A stretch of DNA of 64,000 nucleotides from Octopus sinensis (GCF_006345805.1 NC_043009.1:40176001-40240000), one strand, 5' to 3'. Shown: positions 1 through 12,864, counted from the first letter of the stretch. Numbers and translations are program-made. The notes: generated by a model from the letters alone, not told the origin.

Positions 1-467
1 GTGTGCGTATATGTGGGGTGTTTGAATGTGTGTGTGTGTGTGTGTGTAAGTCCGTGTTCCGTGTGGCTGTGTGTTTATCTTTATGGATATGGATATGTGT
101 ATCTGTATGTTCTCTGCATCATTTTGGCTTCTTTGGAGTGTGTTCGTGTGAAGCTGTTTGCAAGAGATAATATATGTGTTTTGAGCGTATGTGCGTGTGT
201 ATATGTGCGTGCGTGTGTGTGTGTGTGTGTGTGAGCGTATGTGAGCGTTTGTTTTTATGTGTTATATGTTATATGTTCTTGTGTAAGTTCGATATCATTT
301 CAGTGTTCGTGTGTGTTCATGTGTTGGTGAGTCCGTGTTTTCCTGTGTCTAAGAGATAAAGACATTGCTATCGTTACCGTCAAATGTCCTATTTCCAGAG
401 ACATGAGAATGTTGGTAATTGATGCTATTTCCACACCAATGTTTGAAATAATAAGTAAAATATACTG

Positions 468-507
<40 letters not shown>

Positions 508-656
508 ACACACACACACACATACACACACACACAACATGTCTCCTCCCAACAATTCACAGTCTATGTCGGTAAGAAGGACATAACATTGTCTGTTTGG
601 CTATTTCAAGCAAGCAAGTAATGATGCTGCGTATCATGGTACCTTGGTACCATGCA

Positions 657-739
657 TGGCAAGTGTTTTCTACTATAGCCTCGGGCCGACCAAAGCCTTG
701 TGAGTGGATCTGGTAAACGGAAACTGAAAGAAGCCCGTC

Positions 740-779
<40 letters not shown>

Positions 780-1015
780 CTGTGTGTGTGTGTGTGTGTG
801 TGTGTTTGTGTGTCTGTGCTTGTCACCCCAACATCGCTTGACAACCGATGCTGGTTGTGTTTAAGTACTCGTAACCTAGCAGTTCGGCAAAAGAGACCGA
901 TTGGAATAAGTACTAGGCTTGCAAAGAATAAGTCCTGGGGTCGATTTGCTCGACTAAAGGAGGTGCTCCAGCATGGCTGCAGTTAAATGACTGACGCAAG
1001 TAAAAGGGTAAAGAG
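657..1015 (+). mobile_element. tRNA-derived SINE family A, 5'-truncated copy with internal (TA)n(TG)n
   Basis: Shares body (ggcaagtg..ctactatagcctcgggccgaccaaagccttgtgagtggat..ggaaactgaaagaagcccgtcg) and 3' part (..gaataagtactaggcttacaaagaataagtcctggggtcga..aaatgactgaaacaagtaaaag) with many other copies in the window. Confidence 0.9.
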
Positions 1016-1438
1016 AGATACACACACACACTCACACACAATCCCAGAACACACAAACACACCACTAAGAATAACAATGCATGCAAATATAAAGACGCAG
1101 ACGTATATATATTTATATATATATACGCTCTAACGCAACATACTCACGCGCGCGCACACACAGGGTCCCCACACACATACACACACATACACCCACATAT
1201 TCGGGAGATTCCTGCCTGCTTTCCATCTAGCAAATTCCACTCACAGGGTATTTTGAACCTAGCACTATAACAAGGAGCTCTCATCCAATGAATAAATAGA
1301 ACGGGGCGAGTGAAACGAGAAAAGCAAACTGATAAGTGGAACATAAATGGAACTAACTAGCCTCTTATATTTACTGATCTATTTAACGCGATTAGCTTTA
1401 CAAACAATCAAGACCTTGTTTATCTTTCTATTTTCAAG

Positions 1439-1494
1439 TTATTCAACTGTGGAGTTCAACCGGGTGACGTTTTGACTCTACCACTCATCGACAA
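1439..1494 (+). CDS. Candidate isolated internal exon (56 nt, LFNCGVQPGDVLTLPLID), protein not recognised
   Basis: Polypyrimidine tract plus AG (tttatctttctattttcaag) and strong donor (aa|gtaagc) flank a stop-free frame; no partner exon found. Confidence 0.35.
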
Positions 1495-1964
1495 GTAAGC
1501 TTCCACACAGTTTCTCATTTTCCCAAATTTCCTTCTTAAGTTTTGAGATGATCCGAATTTATGGTGGAAGACATTCGATACACCGTACAACGGAATCGAA
1601 TCTAGCATCACATATTTTAGAAACGAAAATTTTAACTGCACAGATATGTCTGCTGCGCACGGCCATATTTTGTTATATAAAGAAACACTATAATGATATT
1701 TTACTGACATTACAACACTGTGATATTTCACTATTGTTAGGCACTGGACCCGTGGCCATGCTGGAGCATTTAGGTAACAATGTCAAAGTATATCGCTTCT
1801 GTTTGCCAAGAAGGTAATCTAGCAGAATTCTTATCGCATCAGGATAAAAGTGCTTAACTTCATTAAGTTCTGTCTTCAAATTCTGCTGCGGCCGCCTTTG
1901 CTTTTCGTCCTACAGAAATCGATAAACTAGAAGCAATTCAGCATTTGAGTCAATGTAATCAACT

Positions 1965-2620
1965 AACTTGCTCCCTTAAAATTGCTGGCCTTGTGCTAAA
2001 ATTTGTAGCCGTTGAGTTGGCAGAATAGTTAGCACGTCGGATATAATGCTTAGCAGCATTTCCTCCAGCTCTTTACGTTCTGAGTTCAAATCCTGCCGAT
2101 GTTGACTTTTCCTTTTATCTTTTGAGATCAATAAGATAAAGTACCAATCAGGTTGAGGTGTCGATATAATCGAATATACCCTTACCACTAAAACTGCTGG
2201 TCTTATGACAAAAATGAAGGTGGCGAACTTGAAGAAATGATAAGCGCTTCGGATAAAATGCTTAGCAGTATTTTTTCTAGAATTTTGCGTTCTGATTTCA
2301 AATTTTGCCGAGGTGGACTTTGCCTTTTATCTTCTTGGGTCAGTAAAATGAAGTACCAAACAGGTACAGGTGTTGTTATAATCGAATATACCCTTATCAC
2401 TAAAACTGCTGGCTTTATGAAAACAAACAAGGTGGCGAGATTAAAAAATTGATAGGATCTCCGGACAAAATACTTAGCGGTTTCCTTTCTAGGATGAGGT
2501 TGACTTTGCCGTTCATCCTTTTGGGGTCGATAAAATAAGTACCAATTGAGCACTGGGCCGATGTAATCCACTTTCTCCCTCCTCTTAAAATTGCGGGTCT
2601 TCTGCCAGTATTTGAAACCG
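1965..2620 (+). mobile_element. Head-to-tail array of about 3 diverged SINE family B copies
   Basis: Repeated ggcgagttggcagaa..ttagca..gttctgagttcaaat..gactttgcctttcatc..gataaaataagtacc blocks and a repeated tail (aatcgaatatacccttaccactaaaactgctgg at ~2168 and ~2380). Confidence 0.8.
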
Positions 2621-3463
2621 ATATTTTTATTTTCTGTAAAAACTATTAAAAATATTTTTCTATGCATCAGAAATTTGAAAGTTTCCTCGTAGGAATCGGT
2701 GCAATGAAGAAAATTATAGAAATCTATATTTATGAAATCATATAGCGATTAACGACTAACTCCACTGTGAGCTATCATCATATGCAGGAACTTTCATTGA
2801 TGTTTAAAATTACATGTATGGTGAGCTTTATGGATATCTAAAATAGGTGATAACTGTAAGAGGTTTAATGAATATTGAGAAGTATGTTACTGCGAAGAGA
2901 TAGAAATCTGTTAATGTTAGCTGATTTAATGGTATGGCACTGGAATTAAACTTTATGGACACCTCGAAACTGTCTTTGAAGAAACTTTCTGTCACGTAAT
3001 ACATAACAGATCGACGACGATGGCTTAGGAGATGGATTGGCGATAAGGCTTTGTGATCACATTTAGTTTAAATTTTATTATTGTTGCATGATGTTTAAAG
3101 CAGATTAATCTAATATAGGGGCTATGAGATTGGTAATTTAACGTTTAGGTTGACAAAAATCAATTTCAGAAGCTTGTAGATTTATGATTTTTATGAAATA
3201 TCTGCAGATATCGCTAAAATGCAGTTTTCATTATTTATTTTTAAATAGATTCTTAATAATCAGCGCCAAAGATATTCCAGGAATCAACACGACATCATAG
3301 ATTTTTTTTCATGATAATGAATATTTAATATTAATCTCTTTGTTTCTATATAAAACGGATCTCTTAAACTGATATGAAATATAACGATAGATAATGTGAG
3401 TGAACAGAAAGATAATTCTCTCAGCACCCCTACTCTCTTTATCTCACTCTCTCTCTCTCTCTC

Positions 3464-3494
<31 letters not shown>

Positions 3495-3976
3495 ACCTAT
3501 CTATCTCTCTCTTTCACACACACATATACACACACGCATTCTTTCCCGATGTCGTACATGGTTACAGCAAAATCATTTCATTAAAGAAAATAACAGCATT
3601 AGGTAAAATCTGGCAAGATGTGATGCCAGCATTACAAGATGGTTTGTTTTGTCGTATGGTTCATTAAGTGTGTGTTTCTCTGTAATGAATCCAGAATGGT
3701 TTTGTTTTGCAGTTCAATAATGATTACAGATGTTTAAATTTTTCGAGGCAGATTCTTTAACTAAACTGACACGAAGTTCTTGTTAACATCATGTCGAGTT
3801 CTTGGCTATTGGGATTCAGAAATTACGAAGCAAGATGGTGTTGTCTCGACAGTGCTAATTACAATTCTTGGAAGTGAATTGAATAGAACATACGTACATA
3901 TATACATACGTACATACATACATTAATAAATACATACATACATATATATATACGTACATACATATATGTGTATATG

Positions 3977-4010
<34 letters not shown>

Positions 4011-4705
4011 AATATACATATACATGCATATGTATATAAATATATATTTACATACATACACATGCACACGTGTAAGTATATATATATATATGTATGTGTG
4101 TGCGTGTGTGTGTATATATATATATGTATGTGTGTGTGTGTGTGTGTGTGCGTGTGTGTGTGTGTATGCGTATGTTTGTAAAGATGTACTTGGAAACTTG
4201 CCAAGCGACACTGGGATGTTTTCGAAGTGATTATCTCTCAGGAGGTAACGAACCTCGTCTTTTCTCAACTAATAACTCAGTTTCAAATGCTGTAATACTA
4301 CACTTTAACGAATAACAATCTATATACCAGCGGATATTTTTACACACCAGTGATTTGGAAACAGTATTGTAAAAGCAATATTGAACCAGAATTTAAACCG
4401 ATAGAAAATTTTATTGAGACATTATTTCATCGAGTGCCAGCACAAAGTCTGTGCCAAACACTTAGCTTTTGATTATAAACTTGGTAATGCATCGCTGACT
4501 GATACAGTATTAATCAAGTAATATATTCTACTGGGGAAGAAATATCGAAAATCATCCGAGTGTTTAAGACAATATCTATAGCAATAACTCGCTACATCCA
4601 TGAAAGTATGTGCCAATGTTCAGATGTATTTTTATAGGTATGTGTCACACGCCATTAATCAATATTCTGCACGGTATTCTCAATTGCTATGTTGAGCTCG
4701 ATATC

Positions 4706-4756
<51 letters not shown>

Positions 4757-5676
4757 TATTATAAATTGCAGGTTTATCACATCACCTTAGTTGACACCAA
4801 ATATATTCTGACAGGGTGTCGATGAAATATTCACACGTATATATTTATGTTTTATTGCAGTCTATTTGTAATTAAGTTTGCAAGAAACAGCAACAAAGCT
4901 CTTCATCTAGTAAATAATTTAATGCTTTCCATAAGCTTTCTTGCTTTTCATTTCCCCGTGTGCAAACCTTTTCGCGAACATATTTAGAATTATAACCGAT
5001 CTGATCTGAAGACAGAACACCTATCTACTGCTATTATATGCTATTTCCATATGACTTGCCATTCTGAATCTGTCGGAAATTCGCTGCTGACGTCGAAAGA
5101 AACCATATTTAATATCTTACTAAAAGTCATCGTTCCTGTCATACATATTTATTCTGTTTTGATATTGATAGAATTATGATTCTTGTCCAGTCTTCATCAC
5201 ATATGACGCCTTGTGCACCAGTATATATTTCTTTTACTTTTTTCCTTTTATTATTAAATCATCTACTGAACTATTTTACTTTTTAACATTATTATTTAAT
5301 ATTTTCAAGATAAACAGCGGTAAATCTTCATAATTTCGGAGTATATCTAATGACAAGTTTTGTGATTTAACTACATTAGTACGATGCTATCTTTAAAATA
5401 TTTCACAGACAGCATTCTAATTAGTTTTATCAGTTCTACAAAACACATGTAGTATCTACAATTGATTAATATCTAGTTTTACTATCTTATTAACTGACGC
5501 AGCCCACCATCTCAACTTTAATGTAAGGTACTCCGGAGAGGCGTTTGGAGAGAGTGGGAGCCTATTGACCCACAGTTCAACGTCTGTGATTGAACTAGAA
5601 AGCAGTGGGCGTGTGTAAACAGGCTGAGATACGGCCTGAAATGCGGCTGATATTGATTTTGTGAATCCCCTAACAT

Positions 5677-6061
5677 CAGTGCTACCCAAAATGGTGGTCC
5701 GCGGACCGGCGCTGGCCCGCGAGCCATCGGCTGCCGGTACGCAACGGGTTTCCAGAAAAGAAAGAAGCATTATAAAATGCTTATGTAATATTGTATTATT
5801 TACTCTTTTTCTTGTTTCAGTCATTTGACTGCGGACATTCTGAAGCAACACCTTTAGTCGAGCGAATCGACCCCAGGACTTATTCTTTGTAAGCCTAGTA
5901 CTTATTCTATGGTTTTTTTTTTTTTGCCGAACCGCTAAATTACGGGGACGTAAACACACCACCGTCGGTTGTCAAGCGATGTTGTGGGGGACAAACACAG
6001 ACACACAAACATATACGCACACACATACATTCATACATACATACATACATATTATATATAT

Positions 6062-6111
<50 letters not shown>

Positions 6112-6452
6112 CATATATACGAGGGGCTTCTTTCAGTTTCCGTCTGCCAAATCCACTCACAAGGCTTTGGTCGACCCAAGGCCATAGTAGAAGACACTTG
6201 CCCAAGGTACCACGTAGTGGGACTGAACCCGGAACCATGTGGTTGGTAAGCATGCTACTTACCACACAGTCACTCCTACGCCTTTGTTTACAAAATTAAT
6301 ATAATATAAAAAAAAATTGCCAACTTTTATTATATTCATTATATATATTGTTTCCGGCATAAATTAATATTACTAAGAAATATTACCGCTACTTGACACA
6401 TTGGAAAAAAAAAACTGCCGGTACGCCATATCAGATAGTTTCAGAAGCACTG
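5677..6452. mobile_element. hAT-type MITE interrupted by a SINE
   Basis: Termini cagtgctacccaaa.. / ..tttcagaagcactg, subterminal (g)ccggt motifs, near-identical 8-bp flanks cctaacat (5669-5676) and ccctacat (6453-6460). Confidence 0.75.
5799..6283 (-). mobile_element. SINE family A, full length, nested in the hAT MITE
   Basis: tRNA-like head on - strand (aggcgtaggagtgactgtgtggtaag..ggttccgggttcagtccc), internal microsatellite, same tail as other copies. Confidence 0.92.
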
Positions 6453-6819
6453 CCCTACATGACTAGCATGTGAGGTATGCCCACGAAACACAAAATGCCT
6501 CGCGTAATATTGTCTAGCTTCTTCGATCATAGTGTCATAAGGAAAGCTCTATACAGTTAACGAAGGATACTTCAAGCGGGTTTCGAATGTTAATTTGGAA
6601 GTGTGAGAAACGTCACTCACGAAACAATAAAAGTAACAGGGATAACTAACTTAAGGTATGAAGTGTTGGCTACTGTGACCAACTCCTTCAAGAAATATAT
6701 TTAATTACTTCAAAATGACTTTTATTTTGGAGAAAGTCAAAAATCCAACGGCAACTACCAATGACGCCCAGAGAAAAGAACACAACTGCAATGCCTCAAG
6801 TAAATTCAGATCGTTTATT

Positions 6820-6960
6820 GGCCGCAGTCAAGTGGTTAGAGTGTTTGACTTAAAATCGCAAGGTATAAGATTCAGTGTTCAATTCCTGAAATGAGCGTTA
6901 CACTGTGGTCTTGATCACGGTACTTTATTTTACATTGCTCTGAACTGAAATGTGTACGAG
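6820..6960 (+). mobile_element. Diverged tRNA-derived SINE head (family C-like)
   Basis: A-box-like agtggttagag and B-box-like gttcaattcc, followed by a body resembling 35235-35400. Confidence 0.45.
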
Positions 6961-7169
6961 CAACGTCCAAGTCTCTCTCTTTCTCTTTTATTTTCTCTGT
7001 CAAATCTTGGATGCATCACTGGGCCAAAGTGATGGGTATAAATGGGTGACTATACATACAAACATACATGCATATGTGTGTGTGTGTTAAAAACATAAAC
7101 GCACAAACAAACGGGAAATAGACACAGAAGTTCACCAAATATATACATGTATATATGTATGTATATATA

Positions 7170-7297
7170 CAGGGTGTCCCAAAAAAATGTATACACATAG
7201 TGGTTCGGCAAAAGAGAACGATAGAATAAGTACTAGACTTACAAAGAATAACAAATTTACAATTATTTAAGGTGTGTATACATTTTTTGGGGACCTG
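7170..7297. mobile_element. Tc1/mariner-type MITE (128 bp) whose interior is a SINE fragment
   Basis: TA flanks; TIRs cagggtgtcccaaaaaaatgtatacaca / tgtgtatacattttttggggacctg; 7198-7251 matches the SINE A 3' region. Confidence 0.8.
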
Positions 7298-8115
7298 TAT
7301 ATATACTGACACACACACACATATGTGTGGGTTTGTATATATGTAACTATATATGTATCTATCAACCTATGTAAATATGTGTGTATGAGTGATTTACAAT
7401 TTACAAGTGAACTGTGAAAGTAAAACTGCGGCTCTATCTTTTTTTTTTTACCCCTGCTACCCATGAGGGAATTTGAACTCGGCACATAACCAGTTAAAAT
7501 AGCAATCAATTATACTACCTTTACCCACTTCCAGCAGTGAAGTGGACCTCCCTACTAAGAGTGCTGATCTAGTATCTCGTTGATCTCTGAGTATATCTGG
7601 GTTATTTGGTGTTAAGTCTCTTGGAAGTTAAAGTCACTGAGAGGACAACGCAGCGTTATTGGCGACGCACAGATGTCCATGTAAACTCAGAGAGACAGAA
7701 GGACAGAGAAGGAAAGATTGAGAGAGAGAGAGAGAGGGGGGAGAGAGAGAGAAAGGTAGTAAGAGGTAGGTAGTACGATAGCGAAAGAGTGACAAAAAGT
7801 GGAAGGGAAGTAGCGGGAGGGGAGAAGAAAGGAGAGAAATTGTGCACAGAGGGACATGTAGATCAGTAGATAAGCTAACGGACACGAAGATAAATAGGAG
7901 AGGTAGGTAGGTTGGATGACGGGTAGGCGGGTAGCCGGGTGGGAATGCTGACTCAGAGACTGACAGACGAACTGAAATACTGACGGACGCAGAAACAGAT
8001 AAAAAGAGAAATAAATAAATACACAAATAGGTAGATAGAGAGGCAGACCGAAAGGCAGATAGGTAAGTAGATAGACAGACAGATAGATAGACAGATAGAT
8101 AGATAGATAATAGAC

Positions 8116-8163
<48 letters not shown>

Positions 8164-8364
8164 GATAGATAGATAGACAGATAAACAGATAGATAGAATG
8201 TTCTAGATACATAGTGAAGGACATTAAAGAGATAAATATATGCGATGCATAAAAGCAAAGGCTTGAAAGATTTGCGCTGACACACACACACACACACACA
8301 CATTTATATTTAATAATAATCATTATTATTCACCTGTCTTCGAACCCGCTCCTTACGTAGATAC

Positions 8365-8788
8365 TCTCTCTTTTACTCTTTTACTTGTTTCAGTCATTTG
8401 ACTGCGGACATGATGGAGCATCGCCTTTAGTCGATCAAATCGACCCCGGGACTTATTCTGTGTAAGCCCCGTACTTGATCTATCGGTCCCTTTTGCCGAA
8501 CCGCTAAGTTACGGGGACGTAAACGCGCCAGCATCGGTTGTCAAGCGATGTTGGGGGGGGGGGGGACAAACACAGACACACAAACATATACACAAACATG
8601 CATATATATGTATACATATATACGACGGGCTTCTTTTCAGTTTCCGTCTACCAAATCCACTTACAAGGCTTTGGTCGGCCCGAGGCTATAGTAATAGACA
8701 CTTGCCAAAGGTACCACGCAGTAGGACTGAACCCGGAACCATGTGGTTGGTAAGCAAGCTACTTACCACACAGCCACTCCTGCGCCTA
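8365..8788 (-). mobile_element. SINE family A, full length
   Basis: Complete head (ataggcgcaggagtggctgtgtggtaagtagc) to tail (gtaaaagagtaaaaga). Confidence 0.92.
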
Positions 8789-8979
8789 TTTATATTTAAT
8801 TATAAATAAAAATCATTATTATTCACCTCTCTCCTTACGTAGATCCGAAATATATTATGGACCATACATTTATTACAAAGTACGTTTCGTGATCAGCCTC
8901 AGGGCTATTGATATACTCAGTCGGGTACAGTTAATCGATACATAACCTGAATATTATTCTGTCTGTACTTCGGTACCCG

Positions 8980-9027
<48 letters not shown>

Positions 9028-9250
9028 CATCTATTTTTATTGTGAACACATTTTACTTTTCGACCCGACCTTACCATTTAAGTATCTGATTCACTTGAAT
9101 CCTGATCTATTATCGTGTATGTGTGTGTGTGTATATTTATTTGGTCTTCAACTTTAAGTTTTATTATTCTTGTATTAGTTTATTTGTCGGAGTTCTTTCT
9201 GTCTAGGAGTGAAGAGGAGACGCGTAGGACAGAACTGAAAGAAGCCCTCG

Positions 9251-9294
<44 letters not shown>

Positions 9295-9719
9295 GTTGTG
9301 TTTGTCACATCGTTGAATATGTCACAAAATATGCGATGAAATATCTCTGATATATAAACAAATACAGTAATAAAACAATTAAGCTAAACCGAAAAGCAGA
9401 TAAATGTTGCGTGTGTTTAACTGGCAAAAGATGACCAGTCGCAAGTATAACAATATAACAATATAATACCACACACTTTCTCTCTCCTCCTCTCTTCCTC
9501 TCTCCCGCTCTCTCTCCCTCACTCTCTCTCGCACACACATGCGTATATGTTATGTACACCAGGCTACACAGAATGAGGACAAATTGTTGCTAACATTCTG
9601 TTCACAACACGTGAACCATAAAATACGATAAAAGAAATGATGTCGTTAACAATTATCTACGCGACCTGTACTATCTGATGGATATCGAGAAGTCATTTTA
9701 AATTTCTCTTAACTTATAT

Positions 9720-10300
9720 TTACTGTCTCCGAACATCTGGTGCGGTGGGGTCGGGGTGGGGAATACGTGTCGTATACCCAGAAGTACTACTCAACGTAGT
9801 CTCCATCAAAAACGATGCATTCGCACCATCGCTGAGCAAAACATAAACACACGGCCATGTTTCATCCCCAGACTGGAGAACAAATGCGTCTCCTCAATAG
9901 CTTCAAACTTTCCCGATAGATCAGAGCAGACTTCCACGCTTCTCTCCTTCAAATCGAACTTCAACTCCTATGGTACTCACTTTGAATACACTTTCAGATT
10001 CTCAATTTCGTGACCAGAGAGCAGTAAGCTCGCGGACTGCGACTCGTTTTGTCGCACGAATGACTTCGTTCACTCACTGGTGCCTCGTGGTAATGGTTAC
10101 AGTCAATGGTTTCCCACTGCATGGTTTGTCTTCTATACTTGTTTATTATTCATGCTACTTTATCTAACTATCTCCGTAGTGTCATCTCCGCGAACAACTT
10201 GCAAACATCCGTGGGCGCTGTCAGCCGGCAACCCTTTCTTCGTCAAAAACTCAATGACGGTACGTTGCTTCGATTTGGAAACTAATATATGCTGGCAATG
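9720..10300 (-). pseudogene. Degenerate, internally deleted mariner transposase
   Basis: Manual translation gives KQRTVIEFLTKKG (10232-10270), SGKPLTVT, RSVEVCSDL, SGDETW (first catalytic D, ~9855-9874) and a PHPDPTAPD remnant of PHPPYSPDLAPSD; many stops and frameshifts. Confidence 0.75.
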
Positions 10301-10470
10301 AAAACAACAGGGCGAATTGTTACTATTGGAGTGTTACTCTCCAGCTTGTGAAATTTGAACTACTTTTGTTAGTTGACAAATTATCATGCTTCTTTTGCAA
10401 TAATTTCGGTGTAAGCCGCGTGTGTGTATGTGAAAGTATATGTTTGTGTGTGTGCATGCATATATATGTG

Positions 10471-12085
10471 CAGGCATACCTCATCCTACGTCGTTAATTG
10501 ATCCCAGAAGACACGACTCCAGTCGAAAAACGACTTAAGTAGAATTAACTCGTCTCTAGGCTCGGCTAGGCCGAATTTACTTGTCTCTAAGCTAAACCGA
10601 TAATAACCATTCCCAGTTCTGTACTTTATTTATGAATGCATTTTCAATAATACATGGTTAATAAAAACTTATTTTAAGCTTACAAACAAATATTTTTTTT
10701 TTATTTTATAATACAATACAGTAAAATAAAAAAGTAATCTAAATTTACGAATACAATTTGGCGGTGTTTACTGTACTTCGCGGACGCTTTATTTATGAAT
10801 GCCGTTTGCACTAAGACATGGTAAAATTTAAAAAAATTTTATGCTTAAAAAAACAACTTCAGTAATTATTATTATTTTGCAATAGTAAAAAAAAAAAATT
10901 ATTATTTTAAATTTACAAATTCGTACATAAAATTTTGTGGTTTACATCGCGGATGTAAATGGATGTGGATCGTCGACAGCTGATTCTGGCTGCGCTTGTT
11001 GTTCGATGCGCTTTAACAACCGGTTGAGAGTTCCTTGAATTGTCTTCTTTTCCTTCAAAGATTACGTTACTAGGAGCAAAAGCATCGTGACAAGCTACAT
11101 AATTTTGGAAAAGCGTTGAGCATTTGAATCCACATCATCGAAATTAGAAAGACCTTGCTTCAAATACTTGCTGCATTTTCTTAATGGTAAAGTGACATGG
11201 CTCAGGCTCGACTTACTCTCCTTCCTTATTTTACTGCTCGTGAAGGTCTATCAAATACTCGTTCGTTAGAGGCTACTTGTCTTTTTCAAATAATTCTATG
11301 AAATCCTCCTCCTCCTCCAAATCCATTTCCAGTTCTTTGCTCGTAGTCACCAACGTTTTGTTGATGGCAACATTATCAAACCCCTTAAAATCATTCATGA
11401 ATTGCGGGCATAGCTTCTTCCATACACCATTTACAGCCGTGCTCTGTACATCATTCCATGCCGCTGTTATGTTCTGTACAGCCTTGTCGATATCGTATCT
11501 CTTCCAAAAGACACAAAGTGTGATAGATTCAAAATCAGTTGCAGTTATTGCTTACCGCAGCGTACGCTTCATATAGTAACACTTGAAGATAGCAATTACT
11601 TCACTATAAATTTTCTTTGGAGCCATGGAATTAAAAAATAAAGTCACAAATGAATGAGAATGAGACGTAAACAAATCTGAATTCAAAACAATCGCGGGAA
11701 TCCCGAGTGACAACGACGCCTAACGGTAGATATTGGAACTACAGTGCAAAATGAGCTCCGAAAGACCGATAAATAAGACAATACAGCTGATTTCATGATT
11801 TCCTTCACTAAGCTACACTACTTTATGGTGTGTATCTTAACATTTACTGTACGTATTTTAATATGAATTTATATGCTTTTATTCTTATTTATTGTAGAGT
11901 AAGGCGACTTTATGTGCTTTTAACGGCTTTTTAATGATTTTACGAATCCAATATTTGTGGCGAACAGACGTGAAGTCGAGTAAAATTATATAACTTGATT
12001 TTTATTTTTCCATATATTATTTTTGAAAACCGACGTATAATCGAGATCGACTTAAATCGAAAGGATTTAAGCCGAGGCATGCCGG
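10471..12085 (-). mobile_element. Tigger/pogo-type DNA transposon, internally deleted
   Basis: TIRs caggcatacctc.. (10471) / ..gaggcatgccg-TA (12085); - strand frame from ATG 11626 reads MAPKKIYSE-VIAIFKCYYMKRTLR*..WKRYDIDKAVQNITAAWNDV..NGVWKKLCPQF..DVDSNAQRFSKI..EKKTIQGTLNRLLK, ending ~10938. Confidence 0.85.
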
Positions 12086-12864
12086 TATACGTATATATGT
12101 ATATATCAAATATATATATATATGTGGATGGGTGTCCATTTGTCTGTGTGTGTACGTATCTCTCCATTCGGTTATCTATGCCTGAATGAAATAGGTTTCT
12201 GTAAGAAGCTAAGGAGCCTATCAAACTTTAAATCACATATAGACTGAACGCCAAGCTTTTGTCTATTCCCAAATAAGTTTATCTTAGCCTTTTTGATGCG
12301 ACTCTACTCTATACTGTTTTCTCCCACATCCTCTCTAATTCCCTTTCCCCCTTTCACCGTTTTCTATCTGCCCCTCTCTCTCTCCTCCTCTTTCTCCTTT
12401 TATCTCTCGCATTGCTCACACATGACCATCATCCATCTTTCTTTTCCTGCATGGACATTCTACGGACTGGACTTTCTTATCTCTCTCTTCTATCTTTTCT
12501 CTTCTCAAAGAAAATATTTCTCTCAGCGTTCACTATTTTCCCCTCGTTCTGGTCCAACGATCCTCCATGTTTGTTTTCGTTCGGTTTCCCTATACGTCTC
12601 CACTGTCCTGTTTTTGCTCCCAATTTTGACCCTCCATAAATCCAAAACTAAATTTTAGTATTTATGGGAGCAACTATCTTCGAAGACTCACGTTGATTGC
12701 TCGAAATGGAGAGCGGTTGGACAGCCGACAACTGATGAAGGGTCGTTCTTTATATTCTTTGTATTACTTGTCTTGCTTTCCATTTTTTCTCTCATTATTT
12801 GCGTATTTACTCATTTGCTTTCATACTTCATGCTGTTTATTGTCGGTGATGCCTTTACCCATAT

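Noticed and set aside
12700-12750. CUGAUGA preceded by CGAAA (possible type II hammerhead)
   Set aside because: Stems II and III do not pair convincingly
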